From Octopus sinensis (Eukaryota): DNA of 64,000 bases. Position numbers and translations under genes: made by a program. Where the stretch lies: positions 14,198,001 through 14,262,000 of the forward strand of contig NC_043010.1 of the NCBI RefSeq assembly GCF_006345805.1. Direction: 5' to 3'. Under the pieces are notes generated by a model. That model had not been told where the DNA came from and made no database searches. It was given only the letters and a program-made list of their open reading frames with translations. Below, one piece after another: positions 38,194 to 51,256 of the stretch (the first letter of the stretch is position 1; every line of letters begins with the position of its first letter).

Positions 38194-38696
38194 TATAGGT
38201 GCAGGCATGGCTGTGTGGTACCTTGGACAAGTGTATCTACTATAGCCTCGGGCTGACCAAAGCTTTGCGAGTGGATTTGTTAGATGGAAACTGAAAGAAG
38301 CCTGTCATGTATATATGTGTGCTGTGTGTTTGCCCCCCCCCCCCGCTATTGCTTGACAACAAATGTTGGTGTGTTTATGTCCCCGTAACTTAGCAGTTCG
38401 GCAAAAGAGACCGATAGAATAAGTACTAGGCTTACAAAGAATAAGTCTTGGGGGTCGATTTGTTCGACTAAAGGCGGTGCTCCAGCATGGCCACAGTCAA
38501 ATGAATGAAACAAGTAAAAGAGTAAAAGACAGCACACACACACACACACACACACATAAATCTGTGATTGTGAATGTGTGTGTGTGTGTGTGTGAGTGAG
38601 TGCGTTTATGTCAATGCCACATAAAACTGGTGATGCTATTGAAGTGGAGCAATGCAGTAGTTCAACAAACACACATTGATAAATTAAATACCAAAC

Positions 38697-39443
38697 ACGG
38701 GACTGTCACGTTTAGTTGACTGTATACAACCGCTCTATCGCCTCACCACTGCTCATATCTCTTCGAGATATTTAGAAATTTAATATTTCTAATTTTGGTG
38801 ATCAGTGAATAGATTTCACTGAAAATATATATATTTGCGGAGGCTTGGCAAACACCTCAACTAGCAGGACTTGCTACCCTAGACTGATGACGAGCAAGAC
38901 TCAAAAACATGCATGTCTCTAGATGCAGGCCTAGCTTTTGGGGGTGCTTGTCTCCCCTTAGCAAATATAAGGACAGAGGAAATGTGTCAAAGCCGACAGG
39001 AAGCGTCGATGCGTCCTAGGGCTAAATAGCGGTAGTGTGATTCCCTTTATGGGACTGTCACGTTTAGTTGACAGTATACAACCACTCTATCGCCCCCACC
39101 ACTGCTCATATCTCTTCGAGATATTTAGAAATTTAGTATTTCTAATTTTGGTGATCAGTGAATAGATTTCACCGAAAATATAGATATTTGCGGAGGATTG
39201 GCAAACACCTCAACTAGCAGGACTTGCTACTCCAGATTGATGACGAGCAAGACTGAAAAACATGCATGTCTCTAGATGCTGGCTCTAGCTGGTGGGGGCT
39301 TCTCGTCTCCCCTTAGCAAATATAAGGACAGAGGAAATGTCTCAAAGCCGACAGGAAGCGTCGATGCTTCCTAGGGCTAAATAGCAGTGGTGTAATTCCC
39401 TTTACGGGACTGTCACGTTTAGTTGACAGTATACAACCACTCT
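38697..39443 (+). repeat. Tandem ~352-355-bp structured repeat (2 units plus a 38-nt partial) with type I hammerhead-like motif; retrozyme or PLE pseudo-LTR-like
   Basis: GGGACTGTCACG starts at 38699, 39051 and 39406. The motif CTAGA-CTGATGA-CGAGCAAGACTC-AAAAA-CATGCATG-TC-TCTAG is at 38879-38922, with a decayed copy at 39232-39275. Confidence 0.8.
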
Positions 39444-40193
39444 TTTAAATAACCACTGGGGTGACTATACTTGGCTAAACCCTTGAAGGCAGTGCTTCAT
39501 CATGACCAAGTTCCAGTAAGTGGTAAAAGACGAAATGAACACCATACTTAATTAAATTTATTTCTGTAATTGTAATTGCAACAATTAAGTTATGCTATTT
39601 ACAAACATGCTTGACATGGTTGTGTCTTTGGTTACACCCTGATTCCCATTTAACCTTTACATCTGTACTTATATATTTACACACTCCTACACACACATCT
39701 ACATAGGTATAATCAGATCTCAGCATACTTTTCTGGTAGTGAAACAATTATTTCATCTTTAGACACAATTAAAAAAACAAAAAAACACTTAAAACTAACA
39801 GAAAGAGGCAGCAAAGACAGAGAGAATAAGAAAATTAATTAAAACTCAAGACACAGTGATGTCACAAACTTTGCTGTGTCGTGATGTATTCCTTCCTTTT
39901 TAAGTTTAAACTTCCTCTCTTTTTTCTCTCTCACTCAATGCATCCACAACCACCACCATCACCACTCTCTCTTTTACTCTTTTACCTGTTTCAGTCATTT
40001 GACTGCGGCCATGCTGGAGCACCGCCTTTAGTCGAGCAAATTGACCCCGGGACTTATTCTTTGTAAGCCCAGTACTTATTCTATCGGTTCTCTTTTGCCG
40101 AACCGTTAAGTGACGGGGACGTAAACACACCAGCATCGGTTGTCAAGCAATGCTAGGGGGACAAACACAGACACACAAACATATACACACACA

Positions 40194-40228
<35 letters not shown>

Positions 40229-40231
<3 letters not shown>

Positions 40232-40898
40232 TAAAACGGTAAGATAACAAAAGAAAGAAAGAGACCTCAATATTATGTAAATAGAGGAAATTTATCTATA
40301 CAATAATATGTTACATTACTCGTCGCATTTTTCGCCATAAAAATTATATAAAAATACATAAAAAATATATAAAATCTTCTTGGGACATAACATAGAAAGC
40401 ATGTTCTATCTGTTTTCTTTAGGGGACCAAAAACGTAACAGAAATATACCAAGCCCTATACCAACGACAGCGGAAGGTGCGGTCTATGCGACATGGAGAG
40501 ATGGCTTATCTGGAAAAGCAGCTTAGACCCTACTACATGTCTAAACACAAGGACAGAACTTTTCGGATCATGCCCACATGTGACTAAATTTCTGTTACGT
40601 TTTTGGTCCCCTAAAGAAAACAGATAGAACATGCTTTCTATGTTATGTCCCAAGAAGATTTTATATATTTTTATATATTTTTTATGTATTTTTATATAAT
40701 TTTTATGGCGAAAAATGCGAGCGATGTATAAGTACGCAGGAAAGCAGAGTTATAACACAGTAATTTCCCTTTGTATAACAGTATTTTTTCATAGCGTTTT
40801 CAAATAGCCAGATAACCGAAGAGATGTCGTGGATTCCCACTTCGGCATCTGAAACTCAGAGTTTTATCTTGACTATCGAGTAATGTAACATATTATTG

Positions 40899-40900
<2 letters not shown>
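40229..40900 (+). mobile_element. Penelope-like element remnant: endonuclease C-terminus between inverted pseudo-LTR arms, inserted in the (TA)n of a SINE
   Basis: 40448-40627 reads TKPYTNDSGRCGLCDMERWLIWKSSLDPTTCLNTRTELFGSCPHVTKFLL, resembling the PLE PY..RCxLC..E..LN.R.EL..CxH C-terminus (recalled). Inverted repeats at 40323-40445/40588-40720 and 40299-40322/40877-40900. Confidence 0.72.
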
Positions 40901-40932
<32 letters not shown>

Positions 40933-41987
40933 TACAACAGGCTTCTTTCAGTTTCCGTCTACCAAAATCCACTCACAAGGCTTTGGTCGGCCCGAGGCTA
41001 TAGTAGAAAACACTTGCCCAAGGTGCCACGCAGTGGGACTGAACCCGGAGCCATGTGGTTGGTTACCAAGCTACTTACCACACAGCCACTCCTGCGCCTT
41101 ACCTGTTTACTTTTTACATTATTTAAATTACTTCCTTTAATGTTATGCAAAAGATGGATGGACAGGTAAGACTGTACTACTGCATAAGTATATAGATTTG
41201 GTGCATCTCCAGTTTCTGTCTGATAAAATAACAATTAGAAATAGCAGCCAAATCTTCAAATCATATTAAAAAAAAGGAAGGAAAGGTAGGGAGAATACAC
41301 TGGAGGAATGTACCCTGAAGTTACCATATTTAAATAAAAACAAGATTATAGGTCTGTCAAATTTGGGTTGCCCTAAGGTTAAGCAAAACCTGGTATAAAA
41401 CCTGCAAGAAATAGCAGCCAATGCTTTTTTCAAATGGCTACCCTTCCTACCATTTTGAAAAGGAGAGAGACATATTGGGTAATGTCATGCTAGATATGGA
41501 CTGTTCAAGAATGGGATGGATTGTCCTGGAGATAAACAACAACTAGAATAAACAGACAATTGTCAAGGAATTTGAGAAGAAATTCCAAATATGGAAGCAA
41601 AGCCTGAAATCATGAGGCCTCAAAACAAGGCTTCAAATAGGGCACATTCAATTGCATTAATGCTTATGGGAAACCTAACTTTGCATATAGGACTCAGGAT
41701 GGTTTTTTAAAGACATTTCTTTTAAAAGTGTATCTTATGTGTCATTAAGTATAGTATGCTATGGGTGCACAAGAGGTTCAGTAGAATTAAATGATAGTAA
41801 TGAAATTATTGTATAGGCACAGGAGTGGCTGTGTGGTAAGTAGCTTGCTTACCAACCACATGGTTCTGGGTTCAGTCCCACTGCGTGGCATCTTGGGCAA
41901 GTGTCTTCTGCTATAGCCCTGGGCCAACCAATGCCTTGTGAGTGGATTTGGTAGACGGAAACTGAAAGAAGTCCGTCGTATATATGA

Positions 41988-42019
<32 letters not shown>

Positions 42020-42243
42020 GTTTGTGTGTCTGTGTTTGTCCCCCTAGCATTGCTTGACAACCAATGCTGGTGTGTTTACGTCCCCGTCACTTAGCGATTC
42101 TGCAAAAGAGACCGATAGAATAAGTACTGGGCTTACAAAGAATAAGTCCCGGGGTCGAGTTGCTCGACTAAAGGCGGTGCTCCAGCATGGCCGCAGTCAA
42201 ATGACTGAAACAAGTAAAAGAGTAAAAGAGTAAGAGAGAGAGA

Positions 42244-42510
42244 ATGCTCAGGTGCACCACAACTTGTCAAAAGTGCATATAAAGTATATGCAGTAATGTA
42301 CAAATGTCTGGATAGCGAACAGTGTATGAGTCAGATACATGCTTGCCAGTGTATGGAGGGGAGAAAATCAGGTGTAGTGTTGGCGAATCTCAGGAAGCAT
42401 GGAAGTTTTGAAGGATGCAGTGCTCCAACAACTAACAACTGATGCCGGCAGTCTGTTCCATGCTTCAGCAACTCTTAGCGTGAAAAAATGTTTCCAGAGA
42501 AAGATTTTGT
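42244..42510 (-). mobile_element. CR1-type LINE 3' end
   Basis: KHFFTLRVAEAWNRLPASVVSCWSTASFKTSMLPEIRQHYT. Confidence 0.8.
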
Positions 42511-44529
42511 AGGTGCCAGGTGAAGAAGAGTAATTAGTAGTTAGCACTAGAAACACCCATGTAATAAAATAATTCAAATGTTCCACAGGTATCCTAGAAG
42601 AAACTGATAGCTTCTGTTACCAAGGTAACTTAATTAGCAGTGAAGGAGGGTATTCTGAAAGCAAAATTACTCAAAGTAAGAACAGAATGAGGAAAAAAAT
42701 CAGGGAGCTTTTACCTGTGCAGGTAACAAGAGGATATTTTTCAAGTGAAAGGCAGAGTGTCATAAAAATGAAAATACCACAGCCATCACTCACAAGCAAG
42801 TATGATTTAGTAATTGTTTTAGGTTTTTGGATTTGGTAGTTTGCTTTCGCTAAATGTTTTAGGTTCCTATGAAATAGTGAGCAAACAGAGACACCCTGCC
42901 AGCAGTCCCGTCCCTTGATCCAGCAGTACATCAAGGATATGACAGCAAGAAGGAGAAAGGTCTGCACCAGTACATAACTGGTACTTACTTTCAGTTTTTT
43001 AGACTGAATCAATTCTCTCAAAAGCTCAGAGGACTCTACAGAGGTAGTTGATAGCCTATGTCACATAAGTGACCAAGTAAGCAGTGAAGGAGGGTGGTCT
43101 GAATACATAGAGACTAGAACAGTGGTTTTCAACCAGGGTTCCGCCAGTACAGTCCAGGGGTTCCGCAAGAAGTGACAAAACTGCCAAAACCGACAGTAAT
43201 TTTTAATTCTCCTGTGCAGATATGTGTGCATAAGACTATTAAATTATTGCACAGGGGTTCCTCGAGCCAGTGGAATGTTTCCTTGGGGTTCCGCTCCAGC
43301 AAAAATGTTGAAAAGCACTGGACTAGAATAAAAATGGGATGGAAAATGTTCAGGGAGCATTGTATGATACTTGTGTCATTGTTGCCACTGTCAGCGCCAC
43401 TACTTTTCCATGCTTGCATGTGTTAGACAGAATTTGCAGAGATATATTTTCTACGGCTGAATGCTCTTTCTGTCACCAACCCTCACCTACCTCCAAATGA
43501 GAAAATATCATCCTTGACCAGACACATTTCCATAGTAAGCTAGAAACAACTGACATCAGTTGTATGACGATGATGCTTACTTGTGACTTTCATCCGATTC
43601 TAAGACAAGGTGACGCATACATATGACAGACATCAGTTTGTGTTTACCAAATCCACTAACTAAATCTTTAGTTAGTCCAAGGTTATGATAGCAGAAGAAA
43701 TTTATTCATGGTGAAATGCAACCATATGGTTGGCAAATGAACTTCTTAACAAAAAGGACGCATAGTTAAGAAGATGGCTTCACAACCATGAGATTTTGGG
43801 TTCTTTCTCTCTGCAAAGAACTGTGGGTAGGTGTCAACTATGGGGGCTGCTCAATGCCTTGTTAATGGAATTAGTAGACTAAAACTATCAGAAGTCAATC
43901 ATTTATGTGTGTATATGTGTGTTTTTTAGACTGAATCAATTCTCTGGGTACCCATATATGCATGTATATATACATGTAGAGGTAGGTACGTACATATATG
44001 TATGTATATATGCATATGTTTTATTTATTAATTTATATATATATAAATACAGTTAACGGGTTAGATGTGTTGCTATGGCCATCTCTTATGTATTTAAACG
44101 CACACTGTATTTATATGAATAATATAAAGACTATTGACTAGTTTTTTTCTTCATGCTAGACCACAGGTAGCAAAAAATTTCTAAATAATTTTTTGCTACC
44201 CTGAAATTTATATCTATATCTATATCTATCTATCTATCTATCTATCTATATATATATATATATAAAACAAAGAGGGTCTTTGGCCACATAATGAGTTGCA
44301 AATACTGTTGTCTGTAGTAAAAGGAAATAACAGTCCTCTGGCTGCTATTTCTAATACTTTCGGTATGTGGTCTAGCAACTTGTTGCAAAGACCCTCTTTG
44401 TTATAATTATATAAACTTTTACCGAATATGGTCCTTTTCCATACCAAAACACTACTTGGTGAAATTTGTTGATTTTATTAAATTAATTATATTTCACCCT
44501 TTATCTGTATCTATATATATATATATATA

Positions 44530-44844
44530 TATATATCAAATATGAGGATAAAATTCTTTTCGACAAAAAATATTTTCTCGAAAAATTTTTTATCAATGGC
44601 CAGCACATTAAAAAATACCTTTAACGGTTAAATTTATAAACAATTCATAAATGAGGGCAAAGGAAAAAAAAATTCTAATGCCAAATATGCCGAAAAATTG
44701 GACATATTGTCCATTAACCATATAATTTTTTCACAATACGCACGCTACTTTTGTGAAAAAATTATATGGTTAATGGACAATATGTCCAATTTTTCGGCAT
44801 ATTTGGCATTAGAATTATTTTTCCTTTGCCCTCATTTATGAATT
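44530..44844. mobile_element. Foldback remnant, probably Penelope-like, flanked by (TA)n
   Basis: ~95-bp inverted arms at 44642-44736/44751-44844. The right arm reads CEKIIWLMDN...LELFFLCPHL*, echoing the ELF..CPH motif at 40.5 kb. Confidence 0.5.
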
Positions 44845-45146
44845 ATATATATATATATATATGCACACATACACATATCAATATATGTATAACATATACG
44901 TACATATACAAACACATTATTATATCTCAGGAAGGTTATTATGCCACTAATAAATGTATTCACAGGTTCTATTTCCCTTCTTTTAGTAGTATTGGTTAAT
45001 TTGTTAAAATGTAACCACTTAACCCATCAATTGTTTGGTCAATCAATCAATGGTTTCAATTTGAGAAACCAAGCAGATTAATTGACCAAACAATTAATCA
45101 ATGGTTGAATGATTAACCAATTGATTAATAACAATAATAATGATAA

Positions 45147-45186
<40 letters not shown>

Positions 45187-46572
45187 GGTGGTAGTGGTGG
45201 TGGTAGTGGTGGTGGTGGTAGTAGAAGTGAAATGGAACCAGTATCTGTCTATTAGGATAATGACCCCACCCAAGATAACGAAATTTGTTTCAACGAGTTT
45301 GTATGTGTGTACACATGTGAGTGTGTATGTGTGTGATTGAGTGTGTATGTGTGTGATTGCGTGCGTGTGTCTGTGTATATGCTTGGGTGTATGTGTATTT
45401 ATTCCTTATGTTCTGACATTGTCTGCATGGCATGTTGCGTAAAAAATAAGGTCACCATCTTATACAGTAATATTATTTTTTACAATCTAATGTGAAAGAA
45501 ATAGCTTAACCACTGAGTTGTTTGTTGTTTGAAGGATTAGGGGAACTAGCACATTACTTGGAAACAGGAAGGGGTTAGGCAACAGAAAGGGCCTCCAACC
45601 ATGGGAAAATTGGTTCAATAAATTTCACCTCACTTAGGCCAGCATGGAAAAGTGGATGTTAAAATAATGTCAAAAGGTGTGGCTGTGAGGTAAAAAGCTT
45701 GCTTCCCAACCGCATGGTTCTGGGTTCAGTCCCACTGCATGGCACCTTGGGCAAGTGTCTTCTACTATAGCCTCAAGCCAATGAAAGCTTTGAGTGGATT
45801 TGGTAGATAGAAACTGAAAGAAGCCCATCGTTTATATGTATGTAAGTATATATTTATGTGTGTGTATCTTTGTGTGTTTGTCCCCCCCCCCTCACCACTG
45901 CTTGACAGCCGGTATTGGTGTGTTTATGTCCTCATAAATTAGTAGCTTGGCCAACGAGATTGACGGAATAAATACTGGGCTTAAAAAATAAGTCCTGAGG
46001 TTGATTTATTCAACTAAAACCCTTTAAGGCAATGCTCCAGCATGGCTGCAGTCAAATGACTAAAACAAATAAAAGACAAAAGATTTATGGCTGTGTGGTA
46101 AGTAGCTTGCTTACCAACCACATGGTTCCGGGTTCAGTCCCACTGCGTGGAATCTTGGGCAAGTGTCTTCGGCTACAGCCTCGGGCCGACCAAAGCCTTG
46201 TGAGTGAATTTGGTAGATGGAAACTGGAAGAAGCCTGTCGTATATGTGTACATATATATATATATATATGTATGTGTGTATATATATATGTGTGTGTTTG
46301 TCCCCCTAGCATTGCTTGACAACCGATGCTAGTGTGTTTACGTCCCTGTCACTTAGCGGTTCAGCAAAAGAGACCGATAGAATAAGTACTAGGCTTACAA
46401 AGAATAAGTCCCGGGGTCGATTTGCTCGACTAAAGGCGGTGCTCCAGCATGGCCGCAGTCAAATGACTGAAACAAGTAAAAGAGTAAATGCTTTCCGAAA
46501 TCCGCCGAAACTATACCTGATTATATATACACTTTAGATGAGTTGTAGTGCACCTGAGCACTGTACACAATT

Positions 46573-46604
<32 letters not shown>

Positions 46605-46974
46605 TATCATCATCATCATTTAACGTCCGCTTTCCATGCTAGCATGGGTTGGATGATTTGACTGAGGTCTGGCGAACCAGATCACTGCACCAGACTCCAA
46701 TCTGATCTGGCAGAGTTTCTACAGCTGGATGCCATTCCTACTGCCAACCGCTCTGAGTGTAGTGGGTGCTTTTATGTGCCACCAGCACGAGGGTCAGTCA
46801 GGTAGTACTGGCAATGGCCACCTTAAATGGCACTATATATATATAAAATTGAATAAGGGTAGAAATTGATATTAATCAATTAAAACCAATGGCTTAGCAT
46901 ATTAAAAAAATCCGAAGATCAAAAATATTTTTACATACAAAATTTTAGTAGTCAGTCCTATAAATTTTGTATGT

Positions 46975-47032
<58 letters not shown>

Positions 47033-47182
47033 AAGGGTGAAATATAATTGATTTAATAAAATTAATAAATTTCACCTAGTAGTTTTTCGGTATGGAAATG
47101 ACCATATTTGGTAAGGATTATATTAATTATAATAAAGGGTATGTGGTTTTGAGCAACTTGTTGCAATTAACCCTTTATTATA

Positions 47183-47234
<52 letters not shown>

Positions 47235-48952
47235 GGTGCCCAAAAGCAGGTTTACAGTTATTCAACTCTTTTGCATTCATATATTAACAGTTTGGATCTT
47301 AATTATAAAAAAAAAAACATGAAACCAATATTCTTACATTCTCTTCACAGAAAAGGATGTATCGTAAAGTCTGATCGTCCTCTTTGGAGCCAGAAAATAC
47401 TTCAGCTTTCAACAAATTATCTCTAAAAATCTCATTCATCACCCATAATTGGAACACTGCCCCCACATCTAGGACAGTGCAGCACTACAATACACAGAGA
47501 CAGCATCAAAACAAAGAGCCCTCTGGCCAATGACGTGAGGTCACTTGCCCAACACACTGCTACTTCAAGTCCAGTTTCCTCCCTATGCGATTTCTTCTAT
47601 CGCTACTCCTCAAAGCCGGTTACTAGAGTCACCTCCCTTTATGTCCTCTCGACTCGCTTGTCTCCCTTCTTGTAACCCACACTGTATCCAACGACACCCC
47701 ATTCCAGGCACTGTGTTAACCACTACACTAAGTCCCTTTTTCCCCCAGGACATATCAATCTGCCTGAGTTCAGTCCTTACTTGTACTTTTTTTTTTTTTA
47801 AAGTTTATCTGGCAACCATCAACTTGTTTCATTAGCTTGGAATGAGATCACTGTGCGTGGCTGACAATTTGACACGGTTGACTGGGCATTCAACCTGTTT
47901 CAGTGACTGCACGTTTTGGCACAGGAGGCAAACACACACACACGTATGTGTGCACAGAAATATACACATACAGATAGTGAGAGAGAGAGAGAAACATTAT
48001 GCATACATGGCCGTTGCCAGCCCTGCCCCGACTGGCCTCCGCGCCGGTGGCACGTAAAAGCACCATCCGTTCGTGGCCGTTTGCCAGCTCCATCTGGCTC
48101 CTGTGCGGGTGGCACATAAAAAGCACCCACTACACTCATGGAGTGGTTGGCGTTAGGAAGGGCATCCAGCCGTAGAAACACTGCCAGATCAGACTGGGCC
48201 TGATGCAGCCTTCTGGCTTCACAGACCCCAGTTGAACCGTTCAACCCATGCTAGCAGGGAAAGCGGAGGCTAAATGATGATGATGATGATATACATGCAG
48301 ATGTTGAAGTGTAGTTAAGCTTACTTCCCAACTACAGGTTCTTGGTTCAATCCCACTGCGTGGTACCTTGGACAAGTGTTTTCTACTACAGCCCTAACCT
48401 TGTGAGTAGATTTCGTAAATCATCATCGTTTAACGTCCGCTTTCCATGCTGGCATGGGTTGGACGATTTGAGTGAGGACTGGCAAACCAGATGGCTGCAC
48501 CAGGCTCCAATCTGATGGAAACTGAAAGAAGCCTGGTGCGTGTGTGTGTTTGTCCCCCTCACTGCTTGACTGCCAATGTTGATTTGTTTATGTCCCCCTA
48601 ACTTAACAGCTGGGAAAAAGGAGACCAATAGAATAAGTATCAGAATTAAAAGAATAAGTACAGGGAGGTCAATTTGTTTGACTAAACCCTTCAGGTTGGT
48701 ACCCCCAGCGTGACAACAGTCCAATGACTGAAACTAGTGCAAGATAAATACAAACATAAGATTTTCACAAAGAGAGAGGGGGGGGTGAGAAATTTGGTTT
48801 CAAATTTTGGCACAAGGCCAGCAAGTTTGGAGGAGTGGATAAGTTGATTCCATTGACCCTGGTCAGTGCTCAAACTGGTATGTATTCCATCGACCCCAAG
48901 AGGGAAGAAAGGCAAAGTCAACCATGAGGGGATTTGAACTCAGAACATAAAT

Positions 48953-49552
48953 ATTTCTTTATTGCCCACAAGGGGCTAAACACAGAGGGGACAAACAAGG
49001 ACAGACAAAGGGATTAAGTCGATTACATCGACCCCAGTGCATAACTGGTACTTTATTTATCGACCCTGAAAGGATGAAAGGCAAAGTCGACCTCGGCAGA
49101 ATTTGAACTCAGAACGTAGCGGCAGACGAAATACCTATTTCTTTATTACCCACAAGGGGCTAAACATAGAGAGGACAAACAAAGACAGACAAAGGGATTA
49201 AGTCGATTACATCGACCCCAGTGCATAACTGGTACTTTATTTATCGACCCTGAAAGGATGAAAGGCAAAGTCGACCTCGGCAGAATTTGAACTCAGAACA
49301 TAGCGGCAGACGAAATACCTATTTCTTTATTACCCACAAGGGGCTAAACATAGAGAGGACAAACAAGGACAGACAAAGGGATTAAGTCGATTATATCGAC
49401 CCCAGTACGAAACTGGTAATTTATTTATCGACCCCGAAAGGATGAAAGGCAAAGTCAACCCTGGCGGAATTTGAACTCAGAACGTAACGACAGACGAAAT
49501 ACGGCTACGCATTTCGCCCGGTCTGCTAACGTTTCTGCCAGCTCGCCGCCTT
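48953..49552 (-). mobile_element. SINE B head-to-tail trimer (184-bp period) inside an older SINE B
   Basis: Units start at 48953, 49137 and 49321. An 18-bp direct repeat TTGAACTCAGAACATAAA lies at 48934 and 49551. Confidence 0.85.
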
Positions 49553-50159
49553 GAACTCAGAACATAAAGACAGATGAAATGCCGCTAAGCATTTTGCCCA
49601 GTGTGCTTACCATTCTGCCAGCTTGCCACCGCAATACTGCAAAATATATTAGCAACAGTACAACAACAACAACAACAAAATTAATAATTGCTTCTAACAT
49701 AGAAATAAGGCTTAAAAGTTGGGGAAGGTTTGACAGATACTTCAACCCTGGAAGGAGGAATGGCAAAGTTGATCTTAGCAGGAGCTGAAATTGGAACCTA
49801 AATTGCCAGAACATATGCCACAAGGCATTTTGTCTGATACTCTAGTGATTCTGCCAAATCACCATCCTAGTGACAACAGTAGGAACAATGACGAGAATAC
49901 TAACAACAACAACGTTATCAATCCTCATCATCATCATCGTTGCCATCATCATTCATTTTAACATCTTCTTTTCCATGGTTGTATGGCTTGATTGGAGTTT
50001 ATTGAGGCCAATTTTCTATGGCGGGGCACCTTTCCTGTTGCCAACAATCACCTGTTTCTAAGAGAGATAATATTTCCCTATGGACAGACATGCAGACATA
50101 TTTATGCAGAATATTGGAAATAACTAATACAGCTTGTAAGACAGTGACACACACTAGTA

Positions 50160-50500
50160 CCTGAGACCCCCTTCGGTCAGATACTGACCATGGGATTTCA
50201 CCTAGAGAGTTACCCTCTGAGGCACAAGTCTGGGCAAGGTTGTTTTATGTAAGACCAGCAGTCGCCCATGCATACCAGCCTCCCCTCTCCATGCCACCAG
50301 TGTTATCCAAGGGAAAGGCAAAGGGGCCGATACAGCTTGGCACCTGTGACGTCGCAACTCATTTCTACAGCTGAGTGAACTGGAGCAACGTGAAATAAAG
50401 TGTCTTGCTCAAGAACACAACGCGCAGCCCTGTCCGGGATTCGAGCTCACAACCTCACGATCGTAAGCTCGACGCTCTAACCACTGAGCCATGCGCCTTC
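50160..50500 (-). mobile_element. tRNA-derived SINE family H (also 62060-62392 and 18345-18470)
   Basis: On the minus strand: TGGCTCAGTGG A box, GAGCTCGAATCCC B box, TTGAGCAAGACAC core. Confidence 0.8.
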
Positions 50501-50814
50501 ACACACTAGTACCACAACTCTGTGAAGACAAAGAAACAAACACAATCACACACACACAAATATATATATATAGGTGCAGGCATGGCTGTGAGGTAAGAAG
50601 CTTGCTTCCCAACACATGGTTCTGGGTTCAATGTCACTATGTGGCACTATGTGTCTTGTGAGTAGATTTGGTAGATGGAAAACACACACACACACACCAT
50701 TATATATATGTAAAATATAGGGTAGTGAGTTTTGTTAGAAATCTCACTACCAGTGGCCCAGCATATATAAAAAGTCAATAGACAACATATTCTCAATATC
50801 AAAGTTATATGTGC

Positions 50815-51256
50815 ACTACTATAACTACCACCACCACCACCACCACCACTACCACCACCACCACTACTACTACCACCACTACCACCACCACCACTACTAC
50901 TACCACCACTACTACTACCACCACCACCACTACTACCACCACCATTACTACTACTACCACCACCACCACTACTACCACCACCACCATTACCACTACTACT
51001 ACTACCACCACCACTACTACCACCACCACTACTACTACCACCACCACCACCACTACTACCACCACCACCACTACCACTACTACCACTACCACTACTACTA
51101 CCACCACCACCACCACCACTACCACTACTACTTCTACCACCACCACTACTACCACCACTACTATCACCACCACCACTACTACCACCACTACTACCCCACC
51201 ATTACTACTACTACCACCACCACTACTACCACCACCACCACTACTACTACCACTAC
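50815..51256. repeat. Compound (CAC/TAC)n trinucleotide array, ~440 bp
   Basis: Direct inspection; the source of the poly-T, poly-V and His/Tyr ORFs. Confidence 0.95.

Noticed and set aside
42989-43110. Exon-like minus-strand segment (ELLRELIQSKKLK with gtaagt) as an RPP30 exon
   Set aside because: The donor comes from a SINE B fragment, and RPP30 is complete and in frame without it.
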